From Vicugna vicugna (taxonomy: Eukaryota), in assembly GCA_013265495.1 (NCBI GenBank), contig MU057801.1, positions 1,357,879-1,421,878 on the forward strand: a stretch of 64,000 nucleotides of DNA, given 5' to 3'. Position 1 is the first letter of the stretch; every line of letters begins with the position of its first letter. A program made the position numbers and the translations under genes. Below the pieces are notes generated by a model, which made no database searches, had not been told where the DNA came from, and worked only from the letters and a program-made list of their open reading frames with translations. Positions 11,860 to 24,090 of the stretch are shown here, one piece after another.

Positions 11860-12810
11860 ACGCCAGTGCCTCTCAGGCCCGAAGGCCGAGGGCACGCCGC
11901 CTGCAGCTGTTGAACTGAGCTGCGGGCCACCCTGAGGTCTCCTGTCCACTCTTGGTCGCAGCCCGAGGCCCTCTCAGTGAGGTCTTGACCGCCTGGCTGC
12001 AGGCAGGCGGCGCGCCGCCGCGAGCCAGCTGTCTTTGAAAACACGCGAGACGGAGGGCAGCCAGTCCCTCCATCCGCTGGTTGGGGTGAGAGACGCAGAA
12101 AGCCTCGCCGCTAGCCGAGCTGACTTCGCAGCCGGGGCCCCGCTCTGCTGGGCGGCAGCAGCTTCGTCTCAGTCTCGGGGAGCACGCGCTCCCCCCGGGC
12201 CGGGGACCGGGGGCGCGGCCCTCCCGGAGCCTCCTGCCGCCTGCGGGCCCCTGCCCTCGGCCCCGCCTGGGCAGCGGTGCCAGCTGTTTGTGGATGAAGG
12301 CCCTGGGGAGCTGCCTCCAGAGAGATGTGACCTGTCTTCATTTTACCCACGAGAAAACCAGGCCCATTTTGGTGAAATGATTTGCTCCAGGTCTCAGAAC
12401 TGGCTTCTGGAAGATCCAGGATCAGAGCCCAGGCTTAACATTTCAGGGTCTAGAGCTCCTCCTCCCCACTTGCGTTTATAGATCGTTTTTGCGAACAGCA
12501 GTCTCGCCTCCGGGCGGGGCGCTCTTGCCCCCGGGGTGTGGGGACGAGGGGGCGCGGGGCGCACGTGCGGAGCCAGGTCCCCGCGTGCCAGCGGCTCCGC
12601 TCGCGCCGCATCTGCCGGGCTCGGGCTCTGGCTGGGCTTGCCACTGCCTCTCGCTGCCCCGAAGCACAGCTTTCTCCCCTGCCGTGGCGGGTTCGCTTAA
12701 GCCAGCACAGCCGTCGGGGTTCACGCCGCGGAGCGCGGCGGCCGCCTGCCCGGCAGACGGACAATTTGGTAGTCGTTCCACAAAGCGGGCAGCCGGCTGT
12801 CCGGCTGGAC
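11860..12810. other. CpG-rich, GC-rich patch (orphan CpG-island-like)
   Basis: Visibly dense CpG/GC (e.g. ccgcggagcgcggcggccgcc); no linked exon seen; contains a MIR at ~12330-12460. Confidence 0.6.
12330..12460 (-). mobile_element. MIR SINE fragment
   Basis: cattttacccacgagaaaaccaggccc...gtgaaatgatttgctccaggtctcag...agagcccagg. Confidence 0.6.
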
Positions 12811-13036
12811 TATACCCCGAACCCATCCTTTGCTGGCGTTCCCCCTGCCTGGATCCGTTCCCCTCAGTCCTACTTCCTGGGGTCCCCTTCCAAACAAGCC
12901 CCTGCACCCAAGACCTGACCTCCGGAGCTGCTGGGGGCCCCACACTAAGGCAGGTGAGGAATGGAGCTCACAGGCCCAATTCCATCTGCCTACCTGCTCG
13001 GCCAGCCATGCCAGGCAGAAGGTGCACCCCAGTGCC

Positions 13037-13063
13037 GTGTGTGTGTGTGTGTCTGTGTGTGTG
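13037..13063. repeat. (TG)n microsatellite, interrupted
   Basis: gtgtgtgtgtgtgtgtctgtgtgtgtg. Confidence 0.9.
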
Positions 13064-13065
13064 TA

Positions 13066-13860
13066 ATTTTTTATTTTGGGGTTAGGTTTATTGAGGTATA
13101 ACTTACAGCACAAGTCACTCGTTTCAGTGTGCGGTTCGATGAATGCTTGACCAGTGCACACAATCGTGATTTAACTACCACCAAAATCAAGATTCAGAGA
13201 AGTCCCACAGTCCCATCACCCCTCAAATTCCCTCATGACCATTTCAACTAAACGCCTGTCCACTCCAGCCCCTGGAGACCCCTGTGTGCTCGCAGCTTTC
13301 CCAGAAGGGCTTAGAAATGGAATCGCATGACATGCAGTCTTCGGAGTCTTCCATCAGCACGCGGCGTCAGAGGTTCACCAGGTTGCTGGCGACGTCTCTA
13401 GTTTGTTCTCTTAATCGCTGAATGGCTCCGCCTGCTGTGGATGGACCGCAGTTTGTTCCTCCATTCACCTGCAGAAGAGCACGGGGGTTGTATCCACGTG
13501 ATTGTGAATAAGACTGCTGTGGACATTTTCGTGTGGGTTTTCATATGAACGTGATTTTTCCTTTTCTCTGGTAAATACCTTGGAGGGGGACCTGGATCAT
13601 GTGATACGTGCTTGTTTAACGTGTTAAGAAACTGCCAGGCTGTTTACGAATGGAGTTCCAGTTGTCCTGGACCCTCATCAGCACTTGATGTTGGCAGTGT
13701 TTTGACTTAAGTCGTGGGAATGGCTGTGCAGTGATAGCTCACCGTGGGTTTATTTTGCATTTCCCTGATGACGAATCATGCTGAGCCCCTTTGGGGCGGC
13801 TCGTGGGCTGTTTACATACCCTATTTGGTACATGTCTGTTTAAATCTAGTCCCCTTTAAA
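13066..13860 (-). mobile_element. Old L1 (L1ME/L1MB8-like) 3' region
   Basis: tttattgaggtataacttac...aaatggaatcgcatg...ttgtgaataagactgctgtggacatt...ttttgcatttccctgatgac. Confidence 0.8.
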
Positions 13861-14239
13861 AACAAACTGAAGTTTTGTTTTGATGCCAGCTCCTTGGAAT
13901 TTTTCAAGAGAATCCAGAAATTGAGATTTTTTTACATGGAATCTTTTGATTCTTAAAGTAGGACCCTGTTTAAGAGATTTAGAAAGATTACATGGCATCT
14001 GCAAGGTAACAGTACTGGGTTTTCAATCCCAAGACTTCTGAATCAAGCTCTAATATTCCTGTCCCCGCCACGGAAGCTCCAGTAGGCAAATGAGGGGCAC
14101 CAACTGGGGGGACAGAAGACCCCTCCTGTGACCCCATTTGGTGAATTTACTCTATGGTCATACAGAGAATCCCAAACTCACTTGCTGGGCAGGTGACATG
14201 TTCTGACTCTTGTCAGGATTTACCCAGCCATGAATCATG

Positions 14240-14500
14240 CATATGTCACACGCAGAAACAGACGCAGATTCATAGAGACAGGCGGTGGAGTGGTGGTTAC
14301 CAGGGGCCGAGGGGAGGGGCCTGGGGCATTAGAGTTTAATGGGCAGAAAGCTTTGGTTTTGCAAGATGAAAAGAGCTCTGGGGATGGGTGCTGGGGATGG
14401 CTGTGTAGCAATATGCATGAACTCAGTACCGTTGCTCTGTACTCAGAATGGTGAGGATGGTCAATTTTATATTCTATGCATTTTGCCACAATTTAAAAAA
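14240..14500 (+). mobile_element. L1MB-like 3' end
   Basis: attcatagagacag...gtggttaccagggg...gagtttaatgggcaga...gcaagatgaaaagagctctgg...ttttgccacaatttaaaaaa. Confidence 0.85.
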
Positions 14501-15622
14501 GTAAAACAACAACAACACACTGAAACAGAGGAAGCAAGAAGCAATGCACTTCGTAATTTTCCCACCAGTTACACAGTAGCTGAAGTGTCTTCCGAGGCAA
14601 GAACGTCTGTGTCTTCACTGCCGCATGAACTCCATCCAGAGGCAGTTTCTTTGGGTTTACGTGGCTGTCGCTAGTGACCAAAGTTTCTTTAGAGCTTTTG
14701 TGCTCACAAGGAGTGCTTTGCATTTGGACCTGAGGGCGAGCCACACAGCTGTGATATGCTGTAATCGCTCGTTAATGCAAGTCCCTGATCTTGTGAATGT
14801 CAAAGAATTCCACAAAGACATGGTTAAAAAAGCATACAGATCCTTAAGGCAGGGGGTCCAAACAAAGCACTCCGATCACCTATTCAGTGGGAAGGTGGGT
14901 CCAACGGCGGCGGCAAGGATGCGCACGGATGTGGGTCAAGGCTGTCGCCGGCGGAGGCGTCTGACTTCGCCAGGACCCGAGACCCGAGACCTGGAGCGGA
15001 GCTGGGTTGAAGCGTTCTGAGGGCCCTGTCTGAAATCCACTCTCTCATTATCTGGGGAACCACGTGTGTGTCCCTGGTCGTCCTTAAGAATCCGTGTTCA
15101 AGGCTGCAAGGATTGCTCTGTGTTTGTGAAGCCCCTTTCAGGCCCACCCTTCCCACGTGATCGGGGGACCGTCACCCGGTCTCGCTGCTCACGGTGAGCA
15201 GGTTTGGATAATTGGCAGCCACTGATTCTCACTGGGGAATGTTCACATCCTTGGGGCTGAAACCTATTTCTTTACCTGTAATAAGGGGGAAGTCCCAGGC
15301 GATCTGAGTGGGATCTTAGTTTTCCACAGAAGGAGCGGTAAGGGCCAGAGTCCAAACGTTTAAACTCTAAGCCAAACAAACAGCGGCGATTAAGGCCCTC
15401 TGCCCGCCCCACCCCTTGCCGGCTCCGGGGGTCTCTTCCAAGGCTTGGGGTGGGATGGACCTCCTTGGGCGGGGCAGGCCTTCCTACCTTTAAACTCCTG
15501 GAGGCTTCTGTGCTGTAGGACGGTGCTTCCTCAAATCCAGTGACTCCTGCACAGCTTATGAAGTTTTTGCTATTTTCACAAATCACCTACATTTACTTCG
15601 CATTTTTTCACTAATACACTTT

Positions 15623-16084
15623 TTAAAAATTGAAGTATGGTCAGTTACAATGTGTCAATTTCTGGTTACAGCACAATGTCCCGGTCATGCACATACGTAC
15701 ATATATTCGTTTTCATGTTCTTTTTCATGAAAGGTTATTACAAGATATTGAATATAGTTCCCTGGGCTGTACAGAAGGAATTTGTTGTTTACCTATTGTT
15801 ACATATAGTGGCTAACATTTGCAAATCTCAGACTGCCAGATTTATCCCTCCCCATCCCCTTTCCCCCAGTAGCCATAAGATTGTTTACTATATCTGTGAG
15901 TCTGTTTCTGTTTTGTAGATGAGTTCATTAGTGTCCTCTTTTTTCTTTTTTTAGATTCCACATATGAGTGATATCATATGGTATTTTTCTTTCTCTTCCT
16001 GGCTTCACTTAGAATGACCATCTCTAGGTCCATCCGTGTTGCTTCAAACAGCATTCTTTTATTCTTTTTTATGGCTGAGTAGTA
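15623..16084 (-). mobile_element. Young lineage-specific L1 3' end with TSD
   Basis: 14-bp TSD cactaatacacttt (15609-15622) / cactaatagacttt (16085-16098) followed by AA (L1 EN site); L1 3'UTR such as ttagattccacatatgagtgatatcatatgg. Confidence 0.92.
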
Positions 16085-16128
16085 CACTAATAGACTTTAA
16101 ATCAGTTTTTTATTGACTCCTCTATAGC

Positions 16129-16285
16129 CAGTGGTTCTCAAACTCGAATGCACGTCGGAAGCACCTGCAGGTCTTTTACCCCCAGGGTTCCGTAGGTCTG
16201 GGGAGGGGCTGAGAATTTGCATCGCCAGGGATTTCCCAGGTGATGCTGAGGCTGCTTGTGTGTGTGTGTGTGTGTGGGGCACACT
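16129..16285. mobile_element. MER5A hAT element with internal (TG)n
   Basis: cagtggttctcaaact...gtaggtctggggaggggctgagaatttgcat...ttcccaggtgatgctgaggctgct. Confidence 0.8.
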
Positions 16286-16459
16286 TACACAACCACTCTT
16301 GATAATACTACCCCGGAAATCGCAGATTGGATGTGGCAGTTGTGCTGCTTTTCTAACACACGTTAATATAAGGATAAAACCACCAGAAAGAGCCCTTCTG
16401 GGCACCAGCTGAAACGGTCCTGTGAGCCACTGAGTGTCCCTGGCGTGGGGCGAGGACAT

Positions 16460-16560
16460 TGGATTTGGATTCAGAATCCCGCACTATGTTACCTTGGAGA
16501 AGCGCTAATCTCTCCAAGCCTAGCTTCCTTATTTGTACGATGGAAAGATCTCAGACCTGC
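16460..16560 (+). mobile_element. MIR SINE fragment
   Basis: tggattcagaatccc...tatgttaccttggagaagcgctaatctctccaagcctagcttccttatttgta. Confidence 0.55.
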
Positions 16561-18239
16561 CACCTTTAAGCCCAGCACACAGAGACGGGGCTATGACAGG
16601 GGCCCAGGAATGGGGTGGAGACAATGACTAAGACTCCCAGACCAGACGGGTAACGTGGCGGCGAGGGGCCGGACTGCAGAGCATCTGTTTGGAGGAGAGG
16701 TTCCCCGTGGAAGGCAGGAGGACACGACGCTGGTGAGCTGGCGGGACTGCGTGCGGGAGGGACGGAGTGCTGGATGAGGTGGAGTCCAGAAAACAGGAGT
16801 CTTAGACCTGACTTAATTCAGGCAGGAAGTTGGCGCCAGAAGCAGGAGCGTGACAAGCTGGGATGTGCAGGAATTGGTTTCAAACTAGGAGCAGAGACTG
16901 GAGGTGAGGAAACCAAGCAGGCTTGGACATGGTCACAGACCAGCGGGGAAGGCTCGGGTGAGGTGGGGGGTGGATTTGACGGCAAAGAGGAAAGTGTGGC
17001 ACATGCTGAGGTGGGCGCAGATCCCCCAGGGACAATGCCGAAGGGACACAGAGATGTGGAAGTGTCACGTGCAGCCTTCCCCCCGCCATCCCTGAGACAG
17101 TAACTGGAATAACTGTAACGGGGTTTTGAGTTTTCAGAGCAGTGGGGGGGGGAGTGATCGCTTCACAGAAGTGCTGCTTCAACGATGCTCCTCGCAGTGA
17201 ACTGCACAGCAGCACACGAAAGGCTCTGACAAGGTCTGCAGTGAAAGGAATTGATTGTCAGGCCGCGTCTGTTCAAATACCCACAAACACCTCAAGAACC
17301 AGTGTTCCCAGGGACAGCGCAGGATCAAGCGGAGAGAAATGATTTTTCCCATCCCGTAGCTCGGCTCTGTAGAGTCACCTACACCCTGGACTTCGTGCTT
17401 CCCACGACAAAGCTTCGGAGGTCAAAGGAGAGGTAGCTGGCCATCTGTACAGGCCCCCACATCAGGTCCGCGCTTCCCCGGGTTAGACCGTCGATGAGAA
17501 AACCAGCCTAAGCGAGTGCCTCTCCTCAGTGTGAGAGACCTGGAGCCGCGGACAAGGGTCGGCTGGTAACAGTCCCACGCAGCTGCTGCTGGTCTGGTGT
17601 GAACTCTACTAACTACTGTGCACCAGGCACTAGCCGCTGAGTGAACGAAGACGTGTGAACGCCGTCTTCGTGGAGAAGTACACAGAAGCAGGTCCGGAGA
17701 CGAGGGAAGAGCTGGCGAGGTGGTGCTAGGCAGTGAGTGGGAGGCAGGCAGTGGTGAGGGGCCCGACTGAGCGGCGCGGCTGGGGAGCTCCGCGGGGCGG
17801 GGTGGAGAGGCACTCCCGGGTCCCTCCTCCTGCCGGGCGATGGAGGCTGGGCGTCTAGGGCTCCCGTCACTCTGGGTTGATGACTGATTCCGGGCATGAC
17901 GCTCCTGCAGGCAGGGAGAGAGGGCGCCAGTGGGGGACCGTCTCCTGGGGGAAGAGAGCCACAGGCATTTACGGAGAGCAGCCTTGCCGTGTGGATGTGA
18001 GTCCCTGAGGATGTGGACAGGGCGTGGCCGTGACCACCACAGATAAGGACCACGCGGCATGGGGAAGACGGGGTCCTCCCGGGCCTGAGAACCAGGAACA
18101 GCACCGAGACCCGGGCTCTGCTGTTTTCCAGCTGACTGTACCTCGCCTCGCACCCTGTTGGACTCTGCCTCCTGCTCCCACATCGAGACATGTCAGCCAC
18201 GGTCACTGCTTACATAAGTTACTTCCCCTTGGGTTCTCT

Positions 18240-19000
18240 GGAGCAAAGCGCTGTCCTGGCAGGCAAGCACCGCCTGTGTCCCCGGCCTGCCGGGCTCCGC
18301 CCGCAGTGTGCTCGCCACGTCCGGCTGTCTGCCCGGGCAGCGGGGGGCACTGCGCGGCCCGCCGAGGGTCCCGGGAAGGCTGCGGGTCTGCCCCGCACTG
18401 GGGGCCCCGCCGGCCTGCTCCCGTGGGGGCGGGCGGACGCCGCCCCTCAGAGCAGCTGCAGGTGTAGCTGCCGCATCACGCGTGGCGCCTGTCTCCTAAA
18501 AGACAAAGCTACTCCAGGTAATGACATCAGGTAACACCGAGAACTAGCCGCTGTCTTCTTGATTGTTTTCCTTTGGCTCTAAAATGAATATTTAAATTAT
18601 TAAGGACAAATATCAATATTAAAGCTATCCTTCGCGTTAGCACAATTTTTCAGATTTGAACTCAACTTTGCACTTTCCCAACTGAAATAAGTTCCCACAC
18701 AGTGTGCCTTCTGGTCACTGTTTTGAATTTTAATCACGAATTAAAAAAAAACTCCAACCGGTCACACGGGGGGAGGAGCTGGGATGACGCGAGGCGTGCC
18801 GCTTTGCGCTTCTAACGCCGCGCCAGGCATCCCCTGGTGACCTGCGAATACTGGCATCCCAGGCGCTCGAGACCGGACTGCGCCTCCAGGCTCCGCGAGC
18901 TCCAGCCGCTCGGAGCCGAAGAACTCGCGTGTCAGGCACAGCCCCGCGCTGCGCCCACCTGGGCCGGGGGCTGACGGAGTAACTGCGAGTTCTCTGCGTC
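18240..19000. other. Two CpG-rich patches flanking an AT-rich segment
   Basis: CpG-dense at 18240-18490 and 18760-19000; AT-rich at 18540-18750. Confidence 0.5.
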
Positions 19001-19259
19001 AGCTTCCATGGAGAATGAGGTGCCAACCACGAAGGCTTCTGATCTGTCCTAGGAGATCCAGATCCCACCCCTGGAAGCAGCCAGAGGCATTTCTACAAGG
19101 ACTGCCCACAAGCCACGGAATCCTTACATTAAGGAGGTAGATGCCCCTAAAAAAGAGTGATCCTGGGGAACCTGCTCGACCAGGTCGCAAGAGTTGTCAC
19201 AGAAGCCCAGTAATGTGGATGTGGATGTAAGTGGTGTCCTTCCCTTTTAAGCTCGTATT

Positions 19260-19437
19260 CGAGCTGTTCATTCTGGGAGAGAAATGCAATTGACTTGTAT
19301 GTTGATGTGCAACAAGCAGCCTTGTGGCGCGCCTACCATTTTCACTTTCTTACAGGTTCTTTTGGTTTTCTCTATACACAGTCACTCTCTCTGCAAAATA
19401 ACAATAGTTTAGCCCCTTCCTTTTAAATCCTTATGCC

Positions 19438-19479
<42 letters not shown>

Positions 19480-20070
19480 ATTTTTTTCTCTGTTGGCTAA
19501 AACCTCTGTTATAAATGTTGAAAGGGAATAGTTATGGTGGGCATTTAGTTCTCACCCTGGGCTCCTAAGAAAAATGGTTAATATCTCACCACTAATTTTG
19601 ATGTTTTCTGAAGGGTTATAGTCGGTACCCTTTATCACATTAATAAATCACTTTATTTTACTTTGTTGATAGTGTTTATTTTAAATGATAAATGAATGTT
19701 ACACTTGATCAATTAATTTTTTGCATCTATGAAATAATCACGTGATTTTTTTTTTGGTTTATCCTCTTACTGTGATGAATTACATTGATTTTCTAACATT
19801 AAGTCAACTTTGTATTCCTGAGATAAACCAAGTTTAGTAATGCGGAATCTTCCTATTTTACATCACTGGTTCAGAGTGTTAATTTTTTTGTTTAGGATTT
19901 CTGCATCTACGTTCATATATAGTATTGATCTTAATTTTTTTCCTTCTACTATAAATTTGGGCATCTACTCTGTGTTAACCTCATAAGATGAGTGGAGTAA
20001 CATGCTCTCTTCCATGTTCCAGAAGAGATTCTAAAAGATTGGAGTTATTTCTCACTTAAGTGTTTTGTAG
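19260..20070 (-). mobile_element. Old L1 ORF2-region fragment
   Basis: gaaatgcaattgacttgtatgttgat...ctctctgcaaaataacaatagttt...ctttgtattcctgagataaacc...tttaggatttctgcatctacgttcat. Confidence 0.75.
19445..19474. repeat. (TG)n microsatellite
   Basis: Pure TG run of about 15 units. Confidence 0.95.
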
Positions 20071-20277
20071 AATGCACACGTGTGCCACCTCATTACATAA
20101 AAGGCCATCCCCCAAATCATGTTAAAATTGACAAAACTGTAATTGTGTCAAATTATAATTATGTAATTACAGAAATTTACAGTTACAAAATTATAGTCAG
20201 ATAAAAATCACGTAAGTTACAATTTCACAAAAATTACATAATAAACTACAAAGTTACATTTCAAAACCTTTGCCAAA

Positions 20278-20485
20278 ACAGACTTTGGAGTCAGATTATC
20301 TCCAGTGTGAGTGATGGCCCTGCTGACAGGCTGTGCAGCCCTGTGCTGCTCTCTTGACTTCTCTGAGCTCTCAGTGTCCATCTGTCATGTTTGCTCACAG
20401 TCCCTCTATCTCCTGAAGACGTCTCAGGAAGATTAAATGCAAGCTGGGTACACAGCAAGTGACCAATAAATGGTAATGATTTTTA
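20278..20485 (+). mobile_element. MIR SINE
   Basis: acagactttggagtcaga...ttctctgagctctcagtgtccatctgt...gaagattaaatg...caataaatggtaat. Confidence 0.65.
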
Positions 20486-20514
20486 TGATCATATGTTAAT
20501 TGCTCAGTTAGCCA

Positions 20515-20595
20515 CCCAGGCATTTATTGAGCACCTGTTGTGGGCCAAACGTGGTATGAGTACTGGGGATACACCAGGAGGCAAAATCAGACATG
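20515..20595 (-). mobile_element. L2 3' end
   Basis: catttattgagcacctgttgtgggcca...tactggggataca...aaaatcagacatgg. Confidence 0.7.
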
Positions 20596-21311
20596 GCGGC
20601 CCATGCATCGCAGCAGGGATTCAGCGCTGTCCCCGCAGGTGGATGTCCCGCCCCCACTGAAATGAAGTGAGGTTATTTCTGGAAACACCCTGACCGTCTC
20701 TTGGGTGTCAGACAGGCAAGAGTAAGCGGAAGCAGTGATCTCTGCTCAGGGGCAGTGGGAGCCTAGCATCGAGCTCTCTGGACCAGCTGGGGGCTGTCAT
20801 AAGGAGGAGCCACTTCCTTTAGTGGGTGAGTGAAGACGTCTCGCTTCTCCTGACCCAGGATCCTTGCCTGCATTTCTTTACAGGGGCTGAAGGCTGCCCA
20901 TGAGGGTCTGTCTCCAGGGCCCCATCTTTCCTCCGGCTGCTGCTGGGGTTACCAGGAACCCGGCGGGAACACGAAGGAGCCCCTGAAGAGCCTGGCACGC
21001 TGCCGGGAGCTGAATCCAGGTGGCCTGAGGTTGAGCCCTCCTCCACATCAGGTAACTTCTCCCGCTCACAGCCGAGGTTGCGCCGTCGGCGTCCCTGGAG
21101 GTCTTGGCACCAGTGCCTCAATTTCTGCCTTCTGTGGCTTTGATTCTTTGGTGCACATGGCCCGGATGGGTTTTTGGGAAATGCCTTGGTTTGGTATGGG
21201 AGTGAAAAGCAATGGCTAGAGAACAGGTCTTCTGCCAGCTAGGATTTCTACGGAAAGTTAAAAAATTCAGGCTGTGATGCAGGCGGATTTGTGTTTGTGG
21301 AAGGATTAGGA

Positions 21312-21913
21312 CAGTGGTTCTCAAACGTCAGCGAAAAGTTACCTGGGGGAGGTTTTAAAATGCAGAGACCCAAAGCCGAGCCCATGACGCACATTCAGTT
21401 GTCGGGGAGGGGGGCTCTGGGGGGAGGGGTCCCGGATTCAACGTTTCTGGCATGGCTGCCGTGCTGATGGGGCTGGTCTGCGCACCATCCTGTGGGGAGC
21501 GCTGTGCGTGGATGTTAATTTTGGTTCTTGAAGGTGTGTGTAGAGAATGGCTCTCAACTTTGGTAGCGGGGGATTTTGAAAAAAAAAATCCCAGAACTGT
21601 GCACATCCCAGACCAGCTGCAGCAGGATCTCTGGCCGCAAGGCCCGGGCATCAGTATGTTTTAAAGCTTCTCTGACGGTTTGGTGGGAGCCTAGGGGGGG
21701 AACCCCAGACCAAGGGAGATTCCTGGGTGATGGCAGCCGGAGTTCTCGGTGCTCACGGTGCACCAGAATCACCTCGGGAGCTTGTGAAATGTGCTGATGC
21801 TCGGCCCCACCAGGGAAACAGGGTCTGTTGGTCTGGAGTGGGGCTGCGGCACTGATGGCATTTTTAAAAAGCTGCTCTGATGATTCTGATGGAAAATCAG
21901 GGTTGGAGACCAC
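21312..21913. mobile_element. Cluster of three MER5-type hAT elements
   Basis: cagtggttctcaaac (21312), ggctctcaacttt...ggcccgggcatcagtatgttttaaagct (~21545-21700), agaatcacctcgggagcttg...gatgattctgat...cagggttggagaccac (~21735-21913). Confidence 0.7.
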
Positions 21914-22026
21914 AAATATTTAAAAAAGTGTCCTTTACTGCCCTGACACGAAATTCGTAGTGTAACTTATTCATCTGCACTATGAAGGAGAAGTAGAAGG
22001 AAATAAAAAGTAACATTTGGCAGATT

Positions 22027-22678
22027 TATGTATGTACTTGACACAATGAAGTGGCCAAGTGTTTGTCCTGCCAGAATGTCACCGGTCCAGCCCCAAATCC
22101 AGACCACGCCTGGAGTGTGCTGTGGGTCACTCAGGTTCCACCAGCTGCGCAGGCACCTGGCTTTGGTTTCCCAACCCTGTGCCAAACCCTTGGTCAGTTC
22201 TGGACATAACAAAGCACCCGGACTCACCCCGCAGCTGGATTCTACCTAAGTGAGCGCACTAAACCAGGCGATGACACCTTATGCTCCTGCGTCTAATGAG
22301 GCAGAGTTAGGGTCCAGGGGGCGAATTACAGTCGGTTGTTCACACACGTGCATATGTATGTACTTGACACAATGAAGTGGCCAAGTGTTTGTCCTGCCAG
22401 AATGTCACCGGCCCAGCCCCAAATCCAGACCATGCCTGGAGTGTGCTGTGGGTCACTCAGGTTCCACCAGCTGTGCAGGCACCTGGCTTTGGTTTCCCAA
22501 CTCTGTGCCAAACCCTTGGTCAATTCTGGACATAACAAAGCACCCGGACTCACCCCGCAGCTGGATTCTACCTAAGTGAGCGCACTAAACCAGGCGATGA
22601 CACCTTATGCTCCTGCGTCTAATGAGGCAGAGTTAGGGTCCAGGGGGCGAATTACAGTCGGTTGTTCACACACGTGCA
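22027..22678. repeat. Direct tandem duplication, 2 x 326 bp
   Basis: 22027-22352 and 22353-22678 differ at five positions by my manual alignment. Confidence 0.97.
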
Positions 22679-23229
22679 TTTCAGGCTGAGCTGTGGTCAT
22701 TTCTAATCTCTAGCCTCCACCTCCCCACCCCAAGGCCAGGCATTCTCTCCAATCTCCTTGCACAACCTCGAACGCCCCCTCCATTTCGCAGCTCCCCCCA
22801 TCCTTCTTAAATGAAGGGATGAAGAGGAGCTCGTGGACATGCGCTCAGCCGCCGGTTCTGCTTTCTGCGCGGGGGCAGCACCGCGTGGAACCCACCGACG
22901 GGGAATCTGTGGTCCTGCCGGGGAGAATGCCTCCCACCCCCACAATGCCCCCTTCGGGCAAGGGGGTGGCGGGAGGAGGCCTCGGGCTGCCGGCCGAGCC
23001 CAGCCCTCGCTGCAGGCTCAGGTTTGTCCCCCGCCGGAACGTGCACAGGGCGCCTTAGAGAAAGAGGCGAAGGAGCCTCCTTGACTCCAGCGCCCCCGCG
23101 CCCCCTCCCCCAGGAAGCCCGGGACTCATCCCGCGATCTCTAGTGCCCTCTAGTGGCCGACATGCGTCATGTCCGGTACCCAGAGATTGATTTTTATTGT
23201 ATATAAACCTACCCGAGTGGGCCCTGAGC

Positions 23230-23503
23230 AGGGACATCACACACGCACACACACACTGTGTGGTCCCTCTTCTGGGCGGCACCGCGGGTGCTCAGAGCCC
23301 TAGCGCGTAGGAGGGTGGTTGCCAGGGGCTGAGGGCGGGAGAGACGGGGAGCTATTCTGCACTGGGTGTCAGTTCGGGAAGGAAGCGTTCTGGAGGTGAA
23401 TGGGGGTGATCGCTGCAGAACGATGTGAGTGTCCTGGGGCCCCTGACCTGGACACTTCACAGTGGTTAAGAAGGTGAATTTTATATTATGTATATTTAAC
23501 ACA
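23230..23503 (+). mobile_element. L1MB-like 3' end
   Basis: ggtggttgccaggggctgaggg...gttctggaggtgaatggggg...gtggttaagaaggtgaattttatattatgtatattt. Confidence 0.75.
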
Positions 23504-23634
23504 CACCCTGCTACACAAGGGAGATTTCAGCCTGTGGGGGTTTCCAGAGTGAAAAGTGCATGCGACCTCACTTTTCCTCCTCAGTTCCAGCCCTGCTGCA
23601 CCCCTAGAGGGCGTTTCCACGCTAATGCTGCCCA

Positions 23635-23820
23635 TTTTGGGGGTGAGGTGGGGTGGGGTGGTAATTAGGCTTATTTATTTATTTTTTGTTTGTTTGTTTT
23701 TGGGAAGGAGGTAATTAGGTTTTTATTTACTTATTTATTGTTAATGGAGGCACTGGGGATTGAACCCGGGACTCTGGGCATGCTCAGCATGCGCTCCACC
23801 CCTGAGCTGTACCACCCTCC
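23635..23820 (-). mobile_element. vic-1-type SINE with duplicated tail module
   Basis: Head aatggaggcactggggattgaacccgggac...ctgagctgtaccaccctcc; two ggtaattagg modules in the tail. Confidence 0.9.
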
Positions 23821-23829
23821 TCAGGTCTA

Positions 23830-24090
23830 TCCATTTCAAAATTATATATGTGTATTATATGCACTTGTTTCTCTATGTGCACACAGAAATGTAGATTTAT
23901 AGAATTACCTACTATATATATATCTATGAGATGCTTTAAGATGTATGTATAAAAATAGGTATTTCATTTGTGTTTCTAACTCTATTTTATATTTATGTAT
24001 TTTTTAAAGTTTTTATATACAGATATATAAGTGTATGTGTATATATGTACACACACACGTTTTAGATATAAAAACTTTAAACACATCTTA
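23830..24090. repeat. AT-rich low-complexity (TA/TG) tract
   Basis: Degenerate tatatg/tatata runs. Confidence 0.7.

Noticed and set aside
17422..18183. 253-aa minus-strand ORF
   Set aside because: GC-driven open frame with no domain or splice support.
22028..22579. Duplicated small ORFs suggesting a tandem gene pair
   Set aside because: A by-product of the 326-bp DNA duplication; no coding evidence.
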